In this document: piece by piece, positions 1-12,659 of the stretch
How positions within the stretch are numbered: position 1 is the first letter of the stretch
How the letters are laid out: every line of letters starts with the position of its first letter
From: Mobula hypostoma
Lineage: Eukaryota
Assembly: GCF_963921235.1 (NCBI RefSeq)
Contig: NC_086097.1
Coordinates: 78,494,001 to 78,558,000, forward strand
DNA: 64,000 nt
Direction: 5' to 3'
Notes under the pieces: model-generated
Seen by the model: only the letters and a program-made list of their open reading frames with translations
Told to the model about the DNA's origin: nothing
Database searches by the model: none
Position numbers and translations under genes: made by a program

Positions 1-436
1 CCACTCAAGGATAAAAGAGGGAATTTCTAATTGGAGTCAGAGAAGTGACTGAAGTATTAAATAAGTGCTGATCAGTAGTGTTGGTATTTACTGCGAAGGA
101 TCTGGAGGATAGTGGGAACAGAATGGGGCATGCTAATGTGCTGGGACATTTTGAGATTAAGGAAAACGTAGTGCTGGGCCTTCCGAAAAGCAATAGAGTG
201 CACAAGTCCCCAGGGTCTGACGGCATATATCTCAGAATATTGAAAGAAGTGAAGAGATTGCTGGGGCTCTAACAAAGATTTTTGTGTCCTCACTAGCAAA
301 TGACAAGATACCAGAAGATTGGAAAGTAACAAATGTGTGCCTTTATTCAAAAAAGGAAATAGGAATAATCCAGGTAACTATAGACCATTGAGCCTCTCTC
401 TTCTGGTAGAGAAGATACTGAAGAGGATACTGAGGG

Positions 437-706
437 TTTTAAAGGTTTCAAAAGTTTCAAAGATACATTTAATGTCAGAGAAATGTATACAGTATACATC
501 CTGAAAATGCTTTTTCTTTGCAACCATCCATGAAAACAGAGGAGTGCCCCGAAGAATGAATGTCAATTAAATGTTAGAACCCCAAAGCCCCCGCAGCTCC
601 CCTTCCCACGTGTTAGCAGCATCAAAGCAACGATCCTCCCTCCCCCACCAGCAAAAAAAAGCATCAGTGCCCCCCACCAAGCACTCAAGCATGCAGCAAA
701 GCATCA
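437..706 (-). mobile_element. Short non-LTR retroelement 3' end inserted in CR1
   Basis: Breaks CR1 collinearity; tandem tttcaaa-type tail at its left end. Confidence 0.5.
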
Positions 707-1005
707 GGGTGGGATTTATGTGAATTTGGAAAGGTATGTCCTACTTAGCAACAGTCAACATGGCTTTGTACAGGGTAGGTCATGCATTACAAACTTAATC
801 AAGTTTTTTAAGGAGGAGACAAAGGAGCCCAATGATGGTAAAGCAATGGATGTAATCTATTAGAAGTTTAGTAAAGCATTTGATAAGGTCCCTCACAATA
901 GATTGATTTAGAAGATAAAGATGCATGGAATCCAGAGTGAATTGCAAGTTTGGATTCACGACTTTTTGCATGCCCATAGAGCATTGGGTTGGAAGGGTTA
1001 GAGGT

Positions 1006-1309
1006 GGGCCAGCTGGTGGTGCAATGACATCGGCGCCAGACCCGGGAGCGGAGGTTCCCAGGTTCAAAACCAGTCGGGTCTGCTCCCCAGTACGCTTTCC
1101 ATCCATGCCAGGTTGAGTGTCGAGATCGTAACTCGACCTCGTAAAATAAAGGGAAAATGCTGCGAAAATGTCTGTGTAGGGAGTGGTGCGCCACACGGTC
1201 TTGCTCTCTCTCGTTCCGCACCTTGTAAAAAAGCCATGAAAAAGACATCATCACGGATCCATACATGCACATGCACAGACTTGCACACACGCAGGCACAC
1301 GCAAAAAAA
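1006..1309 (+). mobile_element. tRNA-derived SINE with A-tail
   Basis: A-box-like tggtgcaatg, B-box ggttcaaaacc, poly-A end; 13-bp TSD aagggttagaggt at 993-1005 and 1310-1322. Confidence 0.85.
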
Positions 1310-3156
1310 AAGGGTTAGAGGTCCAAGATCAGTGGTGTTTCACAATGATTGGTGCTGGGACCTCTCTATTGTTTGCAAGTTTGCAGATGACACCAAGATT
1401 GGTGGACGTAGCTAGTGTAAAGTACTATCAAAGAATACAGTAGAATAATGATCAGTTACAGATATGGGCAGAGAAGTGGCAGATAGTTTAATTTGGGCAA
1501 GTGTGAAGTGTTTGCTCTTTGGGAGGTCAAATGAAAGGAAAAAGTGTACAGTTAATGGTAGACCCCTTAATAGCAATGAGGTAGAGAGGATCTTGGGGTC
1601 CAGGTCCATAGTTCACTGAAAGTAGCTATGCAACTGGATAAGGTGATAAAGAAAGTGCACGGCATGTCTGCCTTCAATGGTAAGGATGTTGAGTAAGGAA
1701 GTCACGCTGCAGTTATATAAAACTTTAGTCAGACTGCACTTGGAGTATTCTGTGCAATATTATAAGATAGATGCTGTCTGGTCATTACAAGACACTTTAT
1801 AAGTGCAATTATTACTTGACACTTATCAACCAAAGTCTGGATATTGCCAAATTCTTGCCTCATGCAGGGGTAAACCGGTAAACTTCCAGAACAGTTGTAA
1901 GTGAAAATGAAAGTTATAAAATCATCAGCATTTTTGACCTCATGATCATTGATGAACCAGCTAAAGATGGGTTTAGGACTACGCCATGAAACCCACAGCA
2001 GTAATATCCTGGGTCTAGGATTATTGACCTCCAACAACCAGAAACATCCACTTTGGTGCAAGACATGAGCCCAACCACTGGAGTATTTTCTCTAGATACC
2101 AGCCAATTTCACCTTTATTTGGGCTTCCTGATGCCACATTTGCTCAGATGTCAAGGCCAATCACTCTTATAAGATCACACTTATGATCAATATTTAAACC
2201 AAAGATGTAACAAGGCCTGGAAATGAATGACACTGGCAAAACCCAATCTGGAGAGTAGATTATTGATGAGTAAGTATCGATAACAGCTGTAATCATTCTG
2301 TTGAGATTGAGAGCTAACAGACAAGGCTGAAGGTGCTTAGATTGGATGTTTCTTGTTTTTTTGTGAATTGGACATTGGGTGACAACTTTTCATCTTGTCA
2401 GGTAAATTCCAGCGTTCTAATTGCACTGGTTCCAGAGCATGGATGTTCTGCACTGTTGTCAAGTTGTTGTGTAATCCCATATTCTTTGCCATAACCCATG
2501 TTCATGGCCATTTCTTAATATCACATGGAATGAATCAAGTTAGTTTTATACTGACTTTGATAATGATGGGATCTCAGGGAGAAGTTAAATTGCCAGATCA
2601 CTAAGACTGGGTACTGGGAAGAAAACATATTTAGTAAGTTAATTGGTCTAGTAGTGGTAGCCAGTCCCTACAATCTTGCATTTGGCCTTCTGCAAATTGT
2701 TTAAATCCTACACTTTGGAAAGCTATTGATGTTAAAGTTCATTTGTGGGTACATTGAAAAGAGTTATAAAATGAGAAAACATTAAAAAAGTTAATTAATG
2801 TTAACTGTGCTAGTGTAGGAATTATAACATTTGGTACCAAACTGACAAACTAAATTATGCAAAACCCATTACCAATTCCATTGTACAATTGTTTTGCATT
2901 ATGTTCAGTTCTTTGTAGGATGTAACAGTGCAAATGACACCTCTCACAGTATGTTCTTGACCTGAGTATAGAATCTAGAATAATTAATTCATGTTATTAT
3001 TGCCAGTGTGGACTCCAAATAAAATTAAAGTGGGTCCCAAACTCATGAGAGGGAAAACCCTTTTCCATCAGCCAGTCACCCCAAGACTGCTCCTTTGTGT
3101 ATACCAGGGTGTTTGAAACTTAGTTTTTATGATTTCCGTGAGGTAATCTTCTAAAG

Positions 3157-3236
3157 CAGGTGTTCTCACCCTGGGGTTCACGGATCCCTTGCTTAATGGT
3201 ATTGGTCCATGGCATAAAAAAGGTTGGGAATGCCTG
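3157..3236. mobile_element. hAT (Charlie-like) MITE, ~80 bp
   Basis: TIRs caggtgttctcacc / ggttgggaatgcctg; 8-bp TSD ttctaaag/ctctaaag (7/8); related copies near 3585-3655 and 18935-19015. Confidence 0.75.
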
Positions 3237-3584
3237 CTCTAAAGTTATTTCCATTAATCTCTCCTGAAAGTAAGTTGCCTTCTGAGGGCAGCAAAGGAAT
3301 ATTATACAAGCACAATTAGATTAGTCATATGTTGCAATATGGCATAATTCCATTCATGTATTTTCTCAAAAATGTTGTTTTATGTTTGCTTATATGTCTG
3401 CATTGTGAATGAGGAGGAACTAATTGCTGATAATTGTCAAAAAGGAAAATAGCACAATGCTACTGGTAAATGAGCAGTTGGGATGGAGTTTGCATACAAC
3501 AAAGACAGAAGGGGATTGTATGGAATATTACTACCAGTCTTTCTCTTCCTCACATTTTATTTCCTGAACTTCTCAGTTTATAGA

Positions 3585-3655
3585 TCGGGGTTCCCAACCT
3601 GGTCTCCATGGATCCCAATGGAAAGGCTCCATAGCATTAAAATGGCTGGGAACCC
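3585..3655. mobile_element. hAT MITE, same family as 3157-3236
   Basis: Inverted ends ggggttcccaacc ... ggctgggaaccc. Confidence 0.6.
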
Positions 3656-4396
3656 TACAGATAGCAGCGAAAGTCCATATTAAGTAGCAGAATGCACATA
3701 CTAACATATGCCTTGAGATTCAGACGTGCAAGTTTAGAACAGTCCAGGCAGTGAAGTTGTTTCTTCAGTACATCATCTATTATAATTCTTGTCCCAGCAC
3801 GTCTCATATTACGTGCATGTTGGAAATTGGAAATAAGAGCAATGTTGTCAGCACTATAAAACCTTGTTGCTTAATAATTATCCATGGTTTGCTGCTTGGT
3901 CAAAAAGAGTAACTGATACAATGGACTGTTGCAGAACGAAATTGACTGCTGCCAGGACATCTTGGCTTTGATCTTCCTGATGCTCTTCCACCACTCAAAT
4001 ACCCAGCGGGATGCTGAGTGAATTGCTTCTGGTCTTAATAAATGACAGAGCTAATATGTTGAGCCTACAAATCATTGTGCAGGCAATCAATAGCACTCTG
4101 GCAAACTTTGTAAATCTTAGTGCTCATTTGTGTTTCATCTTATCAAGAAGCATGGAAAATAAATTATCCATTTTTTGTACACAACGTAATGACATCCAGA
4201 ACTTCAAACACTTGCCCAGAGAGAGCAAGATTCATAACATCATCACTGCAGTCACCTTAGCAGCCTATGGTAATCCAGCTGTTAACACTGCACAATTTGT
4301 GGCTGCTATGTGGCAGATTGCAGTGAAGATATTCTTTACTGAAGTACTATCAGTTTAAACATGATCGTTCCAAAAGCAAAATTATTTTAGAGAGGT

Positions 4397-5211
4397 TGTT
4401 ACGTACCCCGTAACTGGGTTGCCAAACCAGCAGAAATGGAACACACGTTGGAGTCTGAATTACTAGGAACTAATAAAGTTTTATTAAAGACATAAGTAAT
4501 ACAGTACTCTAATCGTAAGGATATCAGTGTAATTGGTTAGCAATGATAATACACACATATACACAGAAATAGGGTAATAGGAATCAACCAAGCTCTATCG
4601 CAGTCTAAGGGTAAAATGATCAGTCTTAAGTGAAGCAGAGTTCAGTTCAGTTCGCAGTAATCACTGTTGTTGTACTGTTGGAGAGAGAGAGAGAGATGCA
4701 ATTTGGTTCAGGCAGACCTTTGATGTCTTTGCAGTTGGTTTCGGGCAGACCCTTTTATGTCTTCTAATCCCCGCTGTGGTCACCGACTGTGACCCCTCCG
4801 TTCCGGATACAATCATTCTTCCGCGGTGAACCCAGCACCCAGGCAAGGGTGGACACACACCCCAGGTTCCCACCGATCGTACCTTTACACCCTGTGAGCC
4901 TCTGGTCAGTTCCTGCGAACCAGACCTCCAAACTCCTACCACTTCTGGGGGTACACTGCTCTTTCCAGGGTCTCGTGGTGTGTTGTGTGCCTTAGCAAAC
5001 CTGCTCTTTTTATCCCCCTGCTGGGGTATCACCTGTCCATCAAACTTCAAACAGTTCAGGTTCAAAGCAACCGGTCTGTCAATATTCTGAATTGTGTTTC
5101 TTATCCGTTAATCCCTCTCTTCTCTCTTATTAGCATTTTGAATGTTTCTCCATTGTCTTTCTTATCTCTCTCATTAGCATCAATCGTCCGATAGCTTTGC
5201 TTGGCGTCACA
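4397..5211. mobile_element. Solo LTR (Gypsy or ERV1)
   Basis: TGTTACG...CGTCACA termini; perfect 4-bp TSD aggt at 4393-4396 and 5212-5215. Confidence 0.85.
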
Positions 5212-6199
5212 AGGTATATTGAACAAATCAAAAGAATGGTTAAAGGGGAACCTTAAGATACACAATGAACTGAGCAGGCAAAGAAATTAAGGATGGAATT
5301 GAAGCTGAAGATATGACTACTGACAGTAAAGTATCAAAAAGTATGGAGGCTCAAAAGGTAGAATAAAATGAGAAGGCAGAAAAGGATTACAGAGACAAGA
5401 TGGAATTTAGCCATTTAATTACAATGAAGCCACTATAAATTGGCATGTATATTAATAATAAGTAAATAGAACTCAGAGAAAGTGTAAATAAAGAGTCTTG
5501 ATTGAACTCTATTTCACAGTGGATTAAGACCAAAACTCAACTCATTTTTAATTACGAAATTGCATTTGATTTAGCCTTAGAGACTGACCGACTATGGATG
5601 TGATGAGTTTATTGATTAAGGCTGGAAGTTACGGTAAGCTTTATGACAGAAGACAATGACTTTAGATATCTTACTTGGAAGAATTCCACAGTCAGAGATA
5701 GAAATAAAATAGCAATTTAACTATGTAGGGAGGCCAAGAGGAACTGTGGTTTTATTGAACTAGAAGCTTTCAAAATGGTGACATTTTCTGTTCAAATAAC
5801 GTCACCAAAGATAAGAAATACTTTCCACCTGACTGAACATTGCAGAAGTAGGAAGAGATGAGAACTTACAGTAGACTAGATAAACAAGAACAGAGCTTCT
5901 AAGTCTGAAACCTGAATATTTTCAAACTAGACATCCATTAACATATGCTTCAAGATATATTACCCAGGATTGTCAACCTATGTGCAACCTTCTCATGCAT
6001 TCAGAGGGAATGAATGGCTTACAGAATTGGAAGGCTGTGAGGAATTAGTGCTAAAGCGGGGGCTGTTCATTGAATAACAATGCTTATCGTGAAGACAATG
6101 TAGCATCATTAGATATGCTCAGGCTAGAGGAGCAACACCTCATATTCCATCTAGGTAGTCTACAACCTGATGGCATTAAAATCAATTTCTTCAACTTCT

Positions 6200-6954
6200 A
6201 TACGAGGAAATTTGCAGATGCTGGAATTTCAAGCAACACACACAGAAGTTGCTGGTGAACGCAGCAGGCCAGGCAGCATCTCTAGGAAGAGGTACAGTCG
6301 ATGTTTCGGGCCGAGACCCTTCATCAGAACTAACTGAAAGAAGCGCTAGTAAGAGATTTGAAAGTGGGAGGGGGAGGGGGAGATCCTAAATGATAGGAGA
6401 AGATAGGAGGGAATTCCCATTCTGATATGTCTATCCACGGTCTCCTCTACTGTAAAGATGAAGCCACACTCAGGTTGGAGGAACAGCACCTTATATTCCG
6501 TCTGGGTAGCCTCCAACCTGATGGCATGAACATTGACTTCTCTAACTTCCGTTAGTGCCCCACCTCCCCCTCGTACCCCATCTGTTATTAATTTATTTGT
6601 ATACACACATTCTTTCTCTCTCTCTCTCTCCTTTTTCTCCCTCTGTCCCTCTCACTATACCCCTTGCCCATCCTCTGGGCTTCCCCCCCCTTCTTTTCTT
6701 TCTCCCTCAGCCTCCCGTCCCATGATCCTCTCATATCCCTTTTGCCAATCAACTGTCCAGCTCTTGGCTCCATCCTTCCCCCTCCTGTCTTCTCCTATCA
6801 TTTCAGATCTCCCCCTCCCCCTCCCACTTTCAAATCTCTTACTATCTCTTCTTTCAGTTAGTCCTGACGAAGGGTCTCAGCCCGAAACATCAACTGTACC
6901 TCTTCCTAGAGATGCTGCCTGGCCTGCTGCGTTCACCAACAACTTTTATGTGTG
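6200..6954. mobile_element. Penelope-like element with inverted pseudo-LTRs
   Basis: Arms ~6232-6411 and ~6780-6954 are inverted copies, with a GIY-YIG C-terminus between them; 14-bp TSD tttcttcaacttct at 6186-6199 and 6955-6968. Confidence 0.88.
6855..6897 (+). ncRNA. Minimal type I hammerhead ribozyme motif (PLE pLTR)
   Basis: agtc-CTGACGA-agggtctcagccc-GAAAC-atc-aact; mirror copy on the minus strand at ~6294-6335. Confidence 0.7.
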
Positions 6955-7319
6955 TTTCTTCAACTTCTGGTAATTTTTTCTCCTCCCCTTCTCTCTTCTT
7001 CATTTCCCCACTCTGCCTCCTGCCTCTTCTCCTCACCTGCCTATCACAAATGATATAAATAGAATGTGGATCATAAATTTATCATTTATTAGTCACATTG
7101 TGTTCTGTTGTTTAAAAACTGTACAGCAGCCCTTTACTGTAATAAAACATTTGTTAATTCATGTCATGAAATAATCGACACAGAAAATCAGAACTGATAA
7201 GCAACTAATATCCATGACACTAAAACAGTTTTACAAATGCAGATTACTTTTTCCTATGCAAAGAATTAATGGGAATAGATTTCCAGTAAAAACTCCATGG
7301 AAATAACTCAGAAAATGTG

Positions 7320-7950
7320 TAGCTTGGGTGGTTGATGGCTGGGCTAAATTGTTCTCCAGTCTTATCTATCCATTTGCAAATGTTTCATCACGATACAAGG
7401 AGACATCACCAGTGCACTGTTCATTTGTGGTATGTCCTCTGAATGCTTGGACCTTACATACTTCTCAATCATCTGATGGTGGTCATCATTATGGAAAGTC
7501 AACTGTGACATAGAGGGGAGGCCTTTTAGCTGATTGGTTGCATAGTGAACTCTGTGCGTTGTGGTCCGGAATTTTGCCCACATTGGCTTATAAATAGGAT
7601 GGAAGTCTACATGGGCTGTGTACAGAATAGTCTGCAGAAAACTACATTTCTAGGAATTCTCTTGCATACCGTATGTTTGCTTGCACCATGACTTTCACTG
7701 ATGCCCAGTCGAATTTGTGCCCCTCTCGATCTTCCGCTAACAATTCTGTAATCAGTGATAAGACCCCCTCACTATGTCACGATTGAGTTTCTGTAATGAG
7801 AACTGATCAGCTGATTGATAAGTATATAAAGGCCAAGCATTCGGAGGACACGCCACAAATAAACAGCGAACTGATGATACCTCCTTCTATGGTGGCAAAG
7901 CGTTTGCAAATGGATTGTCAAGTTCAGAGAACAACTCAACCTAACCAAAG
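7320..7950. mobile_element. Second Penelope family (Poseidon-like) with inverted pLTRs
   Basis: 7362-7480 (-) and 7807-7920 (+) are inverted copies with degenerate CTG(A/G)TGA...GAAAC motifs; minus-strand GHKFDWASVKVMVQANIRYAREFLE GIY-YIG tail lies between them. Confidence 0.7.
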
Positions 7951-8719
7951 ACTCCATATTATCGATTTAATAGAATTGTCAATTTCTACACACATCTTTG
8001 AATTTTAGGAATGGCAAAAAGAGACTAGAACAGGCAAAGATAGAAGTTCTCCTCAAAGGTAACAATGCAACAGGATAGAAATGTGCCAATGAAAATTTGC
8101 ATAAGAATGACATTGGCATTTGCTCTCCTCTAGAGTAATGAAGTAAATACAAACTCAAAGCAAAGTTATGCCTGTTCAGACTTCAGCAACATAAAATTGT
8201 GTCGCAATAAATTAGGTTAACTGATTCAGTATGCTGCTGAAGGCTAGATCTGTGTCATTCAAGTCTGGTGACCCAGGCCTGTACCAGAAAACCAGGTATG
8301 ATTTGCGGAGACGAGGAAATCTGCAGATGCTGGAAATTCAAGCAACACACATAAAATGCTCATGGAACGCAGCAGGCCAGGCAACATCTATAGGAAAAAG
8401 TTCAGGCGACGTTTCAGGCCGAGACTCTTCATCAGGACTAACTGAAAGAAGAGATAGTAAGAGATTTAAAAGTGGGAGGGGGAGGGATGAAGCTAAGAGC
8501 TGGAAAGTTGATAAGTTGATTGGCAAAAGGCTGGAGAAGGGAGAGGATCATGGGATAGGAGGCCTAGGGAAAAAGAGAGGGGGAGGGGGGCACCAGAGGA
8601 AGATGGAGAGCAGGTAAGGAGTTATTGTGAGAGGGACAGAGAGAAAAAAAAGAGAGAGAAAAAAGAAAAATCTAATTAATTAATTAATAAGGGATGGGAT
8701 AAGAAGGGGAGGAGGGGCA

Positions 8720-9193
8720 TTAACGGAAGTTTGAGAAGTCAATGTTCATGCCATCAGGTTGAAGGCTACCCAGATGGAATATAAGGTGTTGTTCCTCCAA
8801 CCTGAGTGTGGCTTCATCTTGACAGTAGAGGAGGCCATGGATGGACATAGCAGAATGGGAATGGGACATGGAATTAAAATGTGTTGCCACTGGGAGATCC
8901 TGCTTTCTCTGGCAGACAGAGTGTAGATGTTCAGTGAAACAGTCTCCCAGTCTGCGTCGGGTCTCGCCAATATATAGAAGGCTGCACTGAGAGCACCAGA
9001 TGCAGTATATCACACCAGCCGACTCACAGGTAAAGTGTCGCCTCACCTGGAAGGACTGTCTGGGGCCCTGAATGGTGGTGAGGGAGGAAGTGTAAGGGCA
9101 CTTATTCCGCTTACAAGGATAAGTGCCAGGAGGGAGATCGTGGGAAGGGGATGGGGGGGGGACGAATGGACAAGGGAGTCGCGTAAGAAGCAA
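8720..9193 (-). pseudogene. PLE GIY-YIG endonuclease domain (5'-truncated)
   Basis: HFTCESAGVIYCIWCSQCSLLYIGETRRRLGDCFTEH...PVATHFN...RLEEQHLIFHLGSLQPDGMN. Confidence 0.9.
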
Positions 9194-9432
9194 TCTCTCT
9201 GGAAAGCAGAAAGGGGGGGGTAGGAAAAGATATGCTTGGTGGTGGGATCCCGTTGGAGGTGGAGGAAGTTACGGAAAATTATATGTTGGGCCTGGAGACT
9301 GGTATCCAGCCTTATCAATCAACTTATGAACTTTCCAGCTCTTGGCTTCATCCATCCCCCTCCTGTCTTCTCCTATCATTTCAGATCTCCCCCTCCCCCT
9401 CCCACTTTCAAATCTCTTACTAGCTCTTCTTT

Positions 9433-9475
9433 CAGTTAGTCCTGACGAAGGGTCTCGGCCCGAAACATCATCTGT
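9433..9475 (+). ncRNA. Hammerhead ribozyme motif
   Basis: agtc-CTGACGA-agggtctcggccc-GAAAC; mirror copy at ~8405-8445 (-). Confidence 0.7.
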
Positions 9476-10360
9476 CCTTCTTCCTATAGATGCTGCCTGG
9501 CCTGCTGCGTTCCACCAGCATTTTGTGTGTGTTGCTATGATTTGTGGAGGGCTATTTCAAGGCCGAAGAGACAATTTCAAACGAGGTTGGAGGCAACATC
9601 GGATGCACGGCAACTCTGGCAGGGCTTATAAGACATTACTTCCTACAAAGTGAAACCCAATTGCATGAATGGCAGCGATGCTTCACTACCAGATGAACTC
9701 AATACCTTCTATGCCTGCTTTGAAAGGGAGAACACAACTACAGCTGAGAAGATCCTGCTACACCTGATGACCCTGTGATCTCTGTCTTAGAGGCTGATGT
9801 TAGGCTGTCTTTAAAGACAGTGACCCTCAGAAGGCAGAAGGTCCTGATAATGTACCTGGTAAGGTTCTGAAAACCTGTGCCAACCAACTAGTGGGAGTAC
9901 TCAAGGATATTTTCAACCTCTCCCTGCTATGGGTGGAAGTTCCCACTTGCTTCAAAAAGGCAATAATTATGCCAGTGCCCAAGAAGAATAATGTAAGCTG
10001 CCTTAATGACTGTCGCCCAGTAGCACTCACGTCGAACAGTGATGAAATGCTTTGAGAGATTGGTCATGAATAGACTGAACTCCTGCCTCAGCAAGGATCT
10101 GGACCCATTACAATTTGCCTATCGCCACAATAGGTCAACGGCAGACACAATGTCAGTGGCTCTCCACACGGCTTTGGACCACCTGGACAACACAAACACC
10201 TATGTCAGGATGCTGTTCTTCTACTATAGCTCAGCATTTAATACCATCATTCCCATTATCCTGATTGAGATGTTAGAGAACCTGGGCCTCTGTACCTCCC
10301 TCTGCAATTGGATCCTCGACTTCCTAACTGGAAGACCACAATCTGTGCGGATTGGTGATT

Positions 10361-10953
10361 ATGATGGGGAAGAAATGGGGAAAGCGCTCTGTGATGTTAT
10401 CGTAGATGGACATTCCTGGCATTGCCATATCAACTAGTTGTGGTCACGTGCTCCCAAAGTCACCAAGGAGTCATCGAACAGATTGTCAAATACAGAGATG
10501 GAACTTCATCTCCTCCTGGAAGGGATTAATTTACCCCGCCTGAACCAACCACTAGTGTTAACACAACCACAAGTAACATCACAAAGAGAACATGACAGCC
10601 TGTGACCATGAAGGTGGAATGATAGCCAGTGCAAGCCGGTTGTTCCAATCCAAGTGAACACCCTGCCCAAATCCTCCAGGTAATCATCTCCAAGAGGGAG
10701 GTGTTACAGTGAGCTGAAAGCAACAAACACCTATTGGTAGGCTCCCAACCAATCCCAGACTAACTTCTCTAATTGGCTGTATTTCCTGACAATGTCGCGA
10801 ATGTTCTTTGTGATCTCTAACTAGTCATGCTCTGGTTGCACTGTTGAATTTTGACAGCTTGGTTTGCTGAATAAAGATTTATTCTATGTTCCTGTTTTGT
10901 TATATCTCCAGGCTCAGGGTCTCATCAGTAATTACAGGCAAGCAGACACAACA
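10361..10953 (+). mobile_element. Gypsy 3' end: integrase tail, PPT and 3' LTR
   Basis: [20 protein letters not shown] (WRRHxDQL-like); purine tract aagagggagg, then an LTR from TGTTA (10702) to ACAACA (10953) containing AATAAA. Confidence 0.65.
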
Positions 10954-11404
10954 CCATGAGACTTCATAAGGTTTACAGTAAATGTTAAAGACTTTCAGGA
11001 TTACTCTCCCTACCTGTATTGCACTCTATTTTCATTAGTGCTAAACATATTCTGCTAGTGGCTCAGGATGAGTCTACGGATTAAGATGGATGAGTCTAGT
11101 ATATTGTTTGTAAGATGTGAGTTCTATGCATGTGACAACAGTCTCCAGAAATGTGAATAGAGGTATCTACAAGGTCATCCGGACAGGGAATGACATTGAT
11201 TTAATGGAATTCAGTGGCTTGGTGAAACCTGGTTATTGGTTTGATTTTACCCTTTCTTTGTTTTAGAATAGTGATGGTGATTTGAGCAGGTGATTCACTA
11301 GGTTATTTCAGAGGGTAGTTAAGAATCAGTCACTGTGAACGTTCAGCCACATAATGTCTAATCTATTTAAGGATGACAGATTTTATTTCCTGATGGACAT
11401 TAGC

Positions 11405-12630
11405 AAATGTCTATCGACATCTTTCATAAACCTACCAATTCCCACTACTATCTTGACTATACATCTTCCCATCCTGTCTTCTGTAAAAATGCTATTTTCT
11501 TTTCTCTGTTCCTTCATCTCTGCCACATCTGTTCCTAGGATGAGGCTTTTCTTTCCAGGACATCAGAGACGTCCTCCTTCTTAAAAAAAAAGGAGTTTCC
11601 ATCCCTCCATCACTGATGCTGCTCTCACCTGCATCTCCTCCATTTCCCAGACATCCACACTCACCCCATCTTCCCACCACCTTAACAGGGATAGACTTCC
11701 TCTTTTCCTAACCTAATACCCATGACCTTTCACATCCAACACTTCTTTCTCCGCAGCTTCCATCAAAGTTCCATCAACTATCACCAAGCATATCTCTACC
11801 TCCCATTCTCCGCTTTCCACAGGGATCGAGCCTTCCATAATTCCCTTGTCTATTCATCCCTCCCCACTAATCTCCCTGCTGGCACTTATCCCTGCAAGTG
11901 GCCAAAGTTCTATACCTGCCCATTCATCTCCTCTGTCACCTTCACTGAGGGCCCTAAACAGTCCTTACAGGCGAGGCAACACTTAACCTACAAATCTGTT
12001 GGGCTTGTCTATTGTATCTGGTGTTCCCCATGCGGCATCCCCTACATTGGTGAGATCTGTCATAAATTGGAGGATTGCTTTGTCAAGCACCTCCACACCA
12101 TCCACCAAAGCGGTACTTCCTGATGGCCAACCATTTTAATAACTATTCCCATTCCCGTTCCCGTTCCGACATGTCGGTCCACGGCATTCTCATGCCATGA
12201 CAAGGCCACTCTCAGGGCGGAGAGGCAATACTTCATTTTCCATCTGGGTAGCCTCCAACCTGATGGCATGAACATTGATTTCTCCTTCCGGTTAAAAAAA
12301 CCCTCCCCTTCCCTCTTCCTCTATTCCCCACTCTGGCCTCTTACCTCTTCTAACCTACCTATTACCTCCTCTGGTGCCTCTCCTTCTTCCCTTTCTCCCA
12401 TGGTCCATTCTCCTCTCCTATCGGATTAATTCCTCTTTAGCCCTTAACCTTTCCCACCCACCTGGCTTTACCTATCACCTTCTAGCTAACTCTCCTTCAC
12501 CTCCCCCCATCTTTTTATTCTGGTGCCTCCCCGCTTCCTTTCCAGTCCTGAAGAAGGGTCTCTGCCTGAAACGTCAACCTTAAATGCTTCCTGACCTGCT
12601 GAGTTCCTCTAGCATTTTGTGTGCATCACT
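11405..12630 (+). mobile_element. Penelope-like element (RT C-terminus, GIY-YIG, pLTR with hammerhead)
   Basis: LVYCIWCSPCGIPYIGE; LQPDGMNIDF; agtc-CTGAAGA-agggtctctgcct-GAAAC-GTC at 12544-12575. Confidence 0.88.
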
Positions 12631-12659
12631 TTAATAGTTTAATGGTCGCCATTACTGAG

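Larger units (their letters stand above)
1..1790 (+). mobile_element. CR1 LINE ORF2 (RT region) fragments, degraded, interrupted by two insertions
   Basis: Motifs KSPGSDGIY, PLFKKGNRNNPGNYRPLSL, KAFDKVPH and KFADDTKIGG, broken by stops and frameshifts. Confidence 0.9.
2600..4340 (-). pseudogene. Heavily decayed coding remnant, possibly TOPAZ1-like C-terminal helical region
   Basis: Non-repeat-looking DNA whose minus-strand translation gives protein-like pieces broken by stops and frameshifts: DDVMNLALSGQVFEVLDVITLCTKNG, IIIDDVLKKQLHCLDCSKLARL, IKCEEEKDW, YSFAALRR, LQKAK, LDQLTY*ICFLPS. Their order resembles the TOPAZ1 C-terminus as I recall it. Confidence 0.35.
6105..7047 (+). mobile_element. 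Older Penelope-like element 3' fragment, split by a younger PLE
   Basis: LRLEEQHLIFHLGSLQPDGIKINFFNF (GIY-YIG C-terminus) at 6118-6199; sequence resumes at 6969. Confidence 0.75.
8311..9535 (-). mobile_element. Penelope-like element (GIY-YIG + pLTR) with an inverted pLTR
   Basis: GIY-YIG ORF at 8720-9193; inverted arms 8341-8530 and ~9310-9535; 14-bp TSD tatgatttg(c/t)ggag at 8297-8310 and 9536-9549. Confidence 0.9.
8229..10360 (+). mobile_element. Rex1/Babar LINE RT fragment, interrupted by a PLE
   Basis: [56 protein letters not shown]. Confidence 0.9.

Noticed and set aside
1006..1085. tRNA gene
   Set aside because: A and B boxes are present, but it continues into a SINE body with an A-tail and TSD
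1790..2600. Unique regulatory DNA
   Set aside because: Resembles old antisense LINE debris; too degraded to classify
4011..4358. 115-aa plus-strand ORF as a gene or Harbinger transposase
   Set aside because: No convincing catalytic motif; more likely the antisense shadow of the minus-strand remnant
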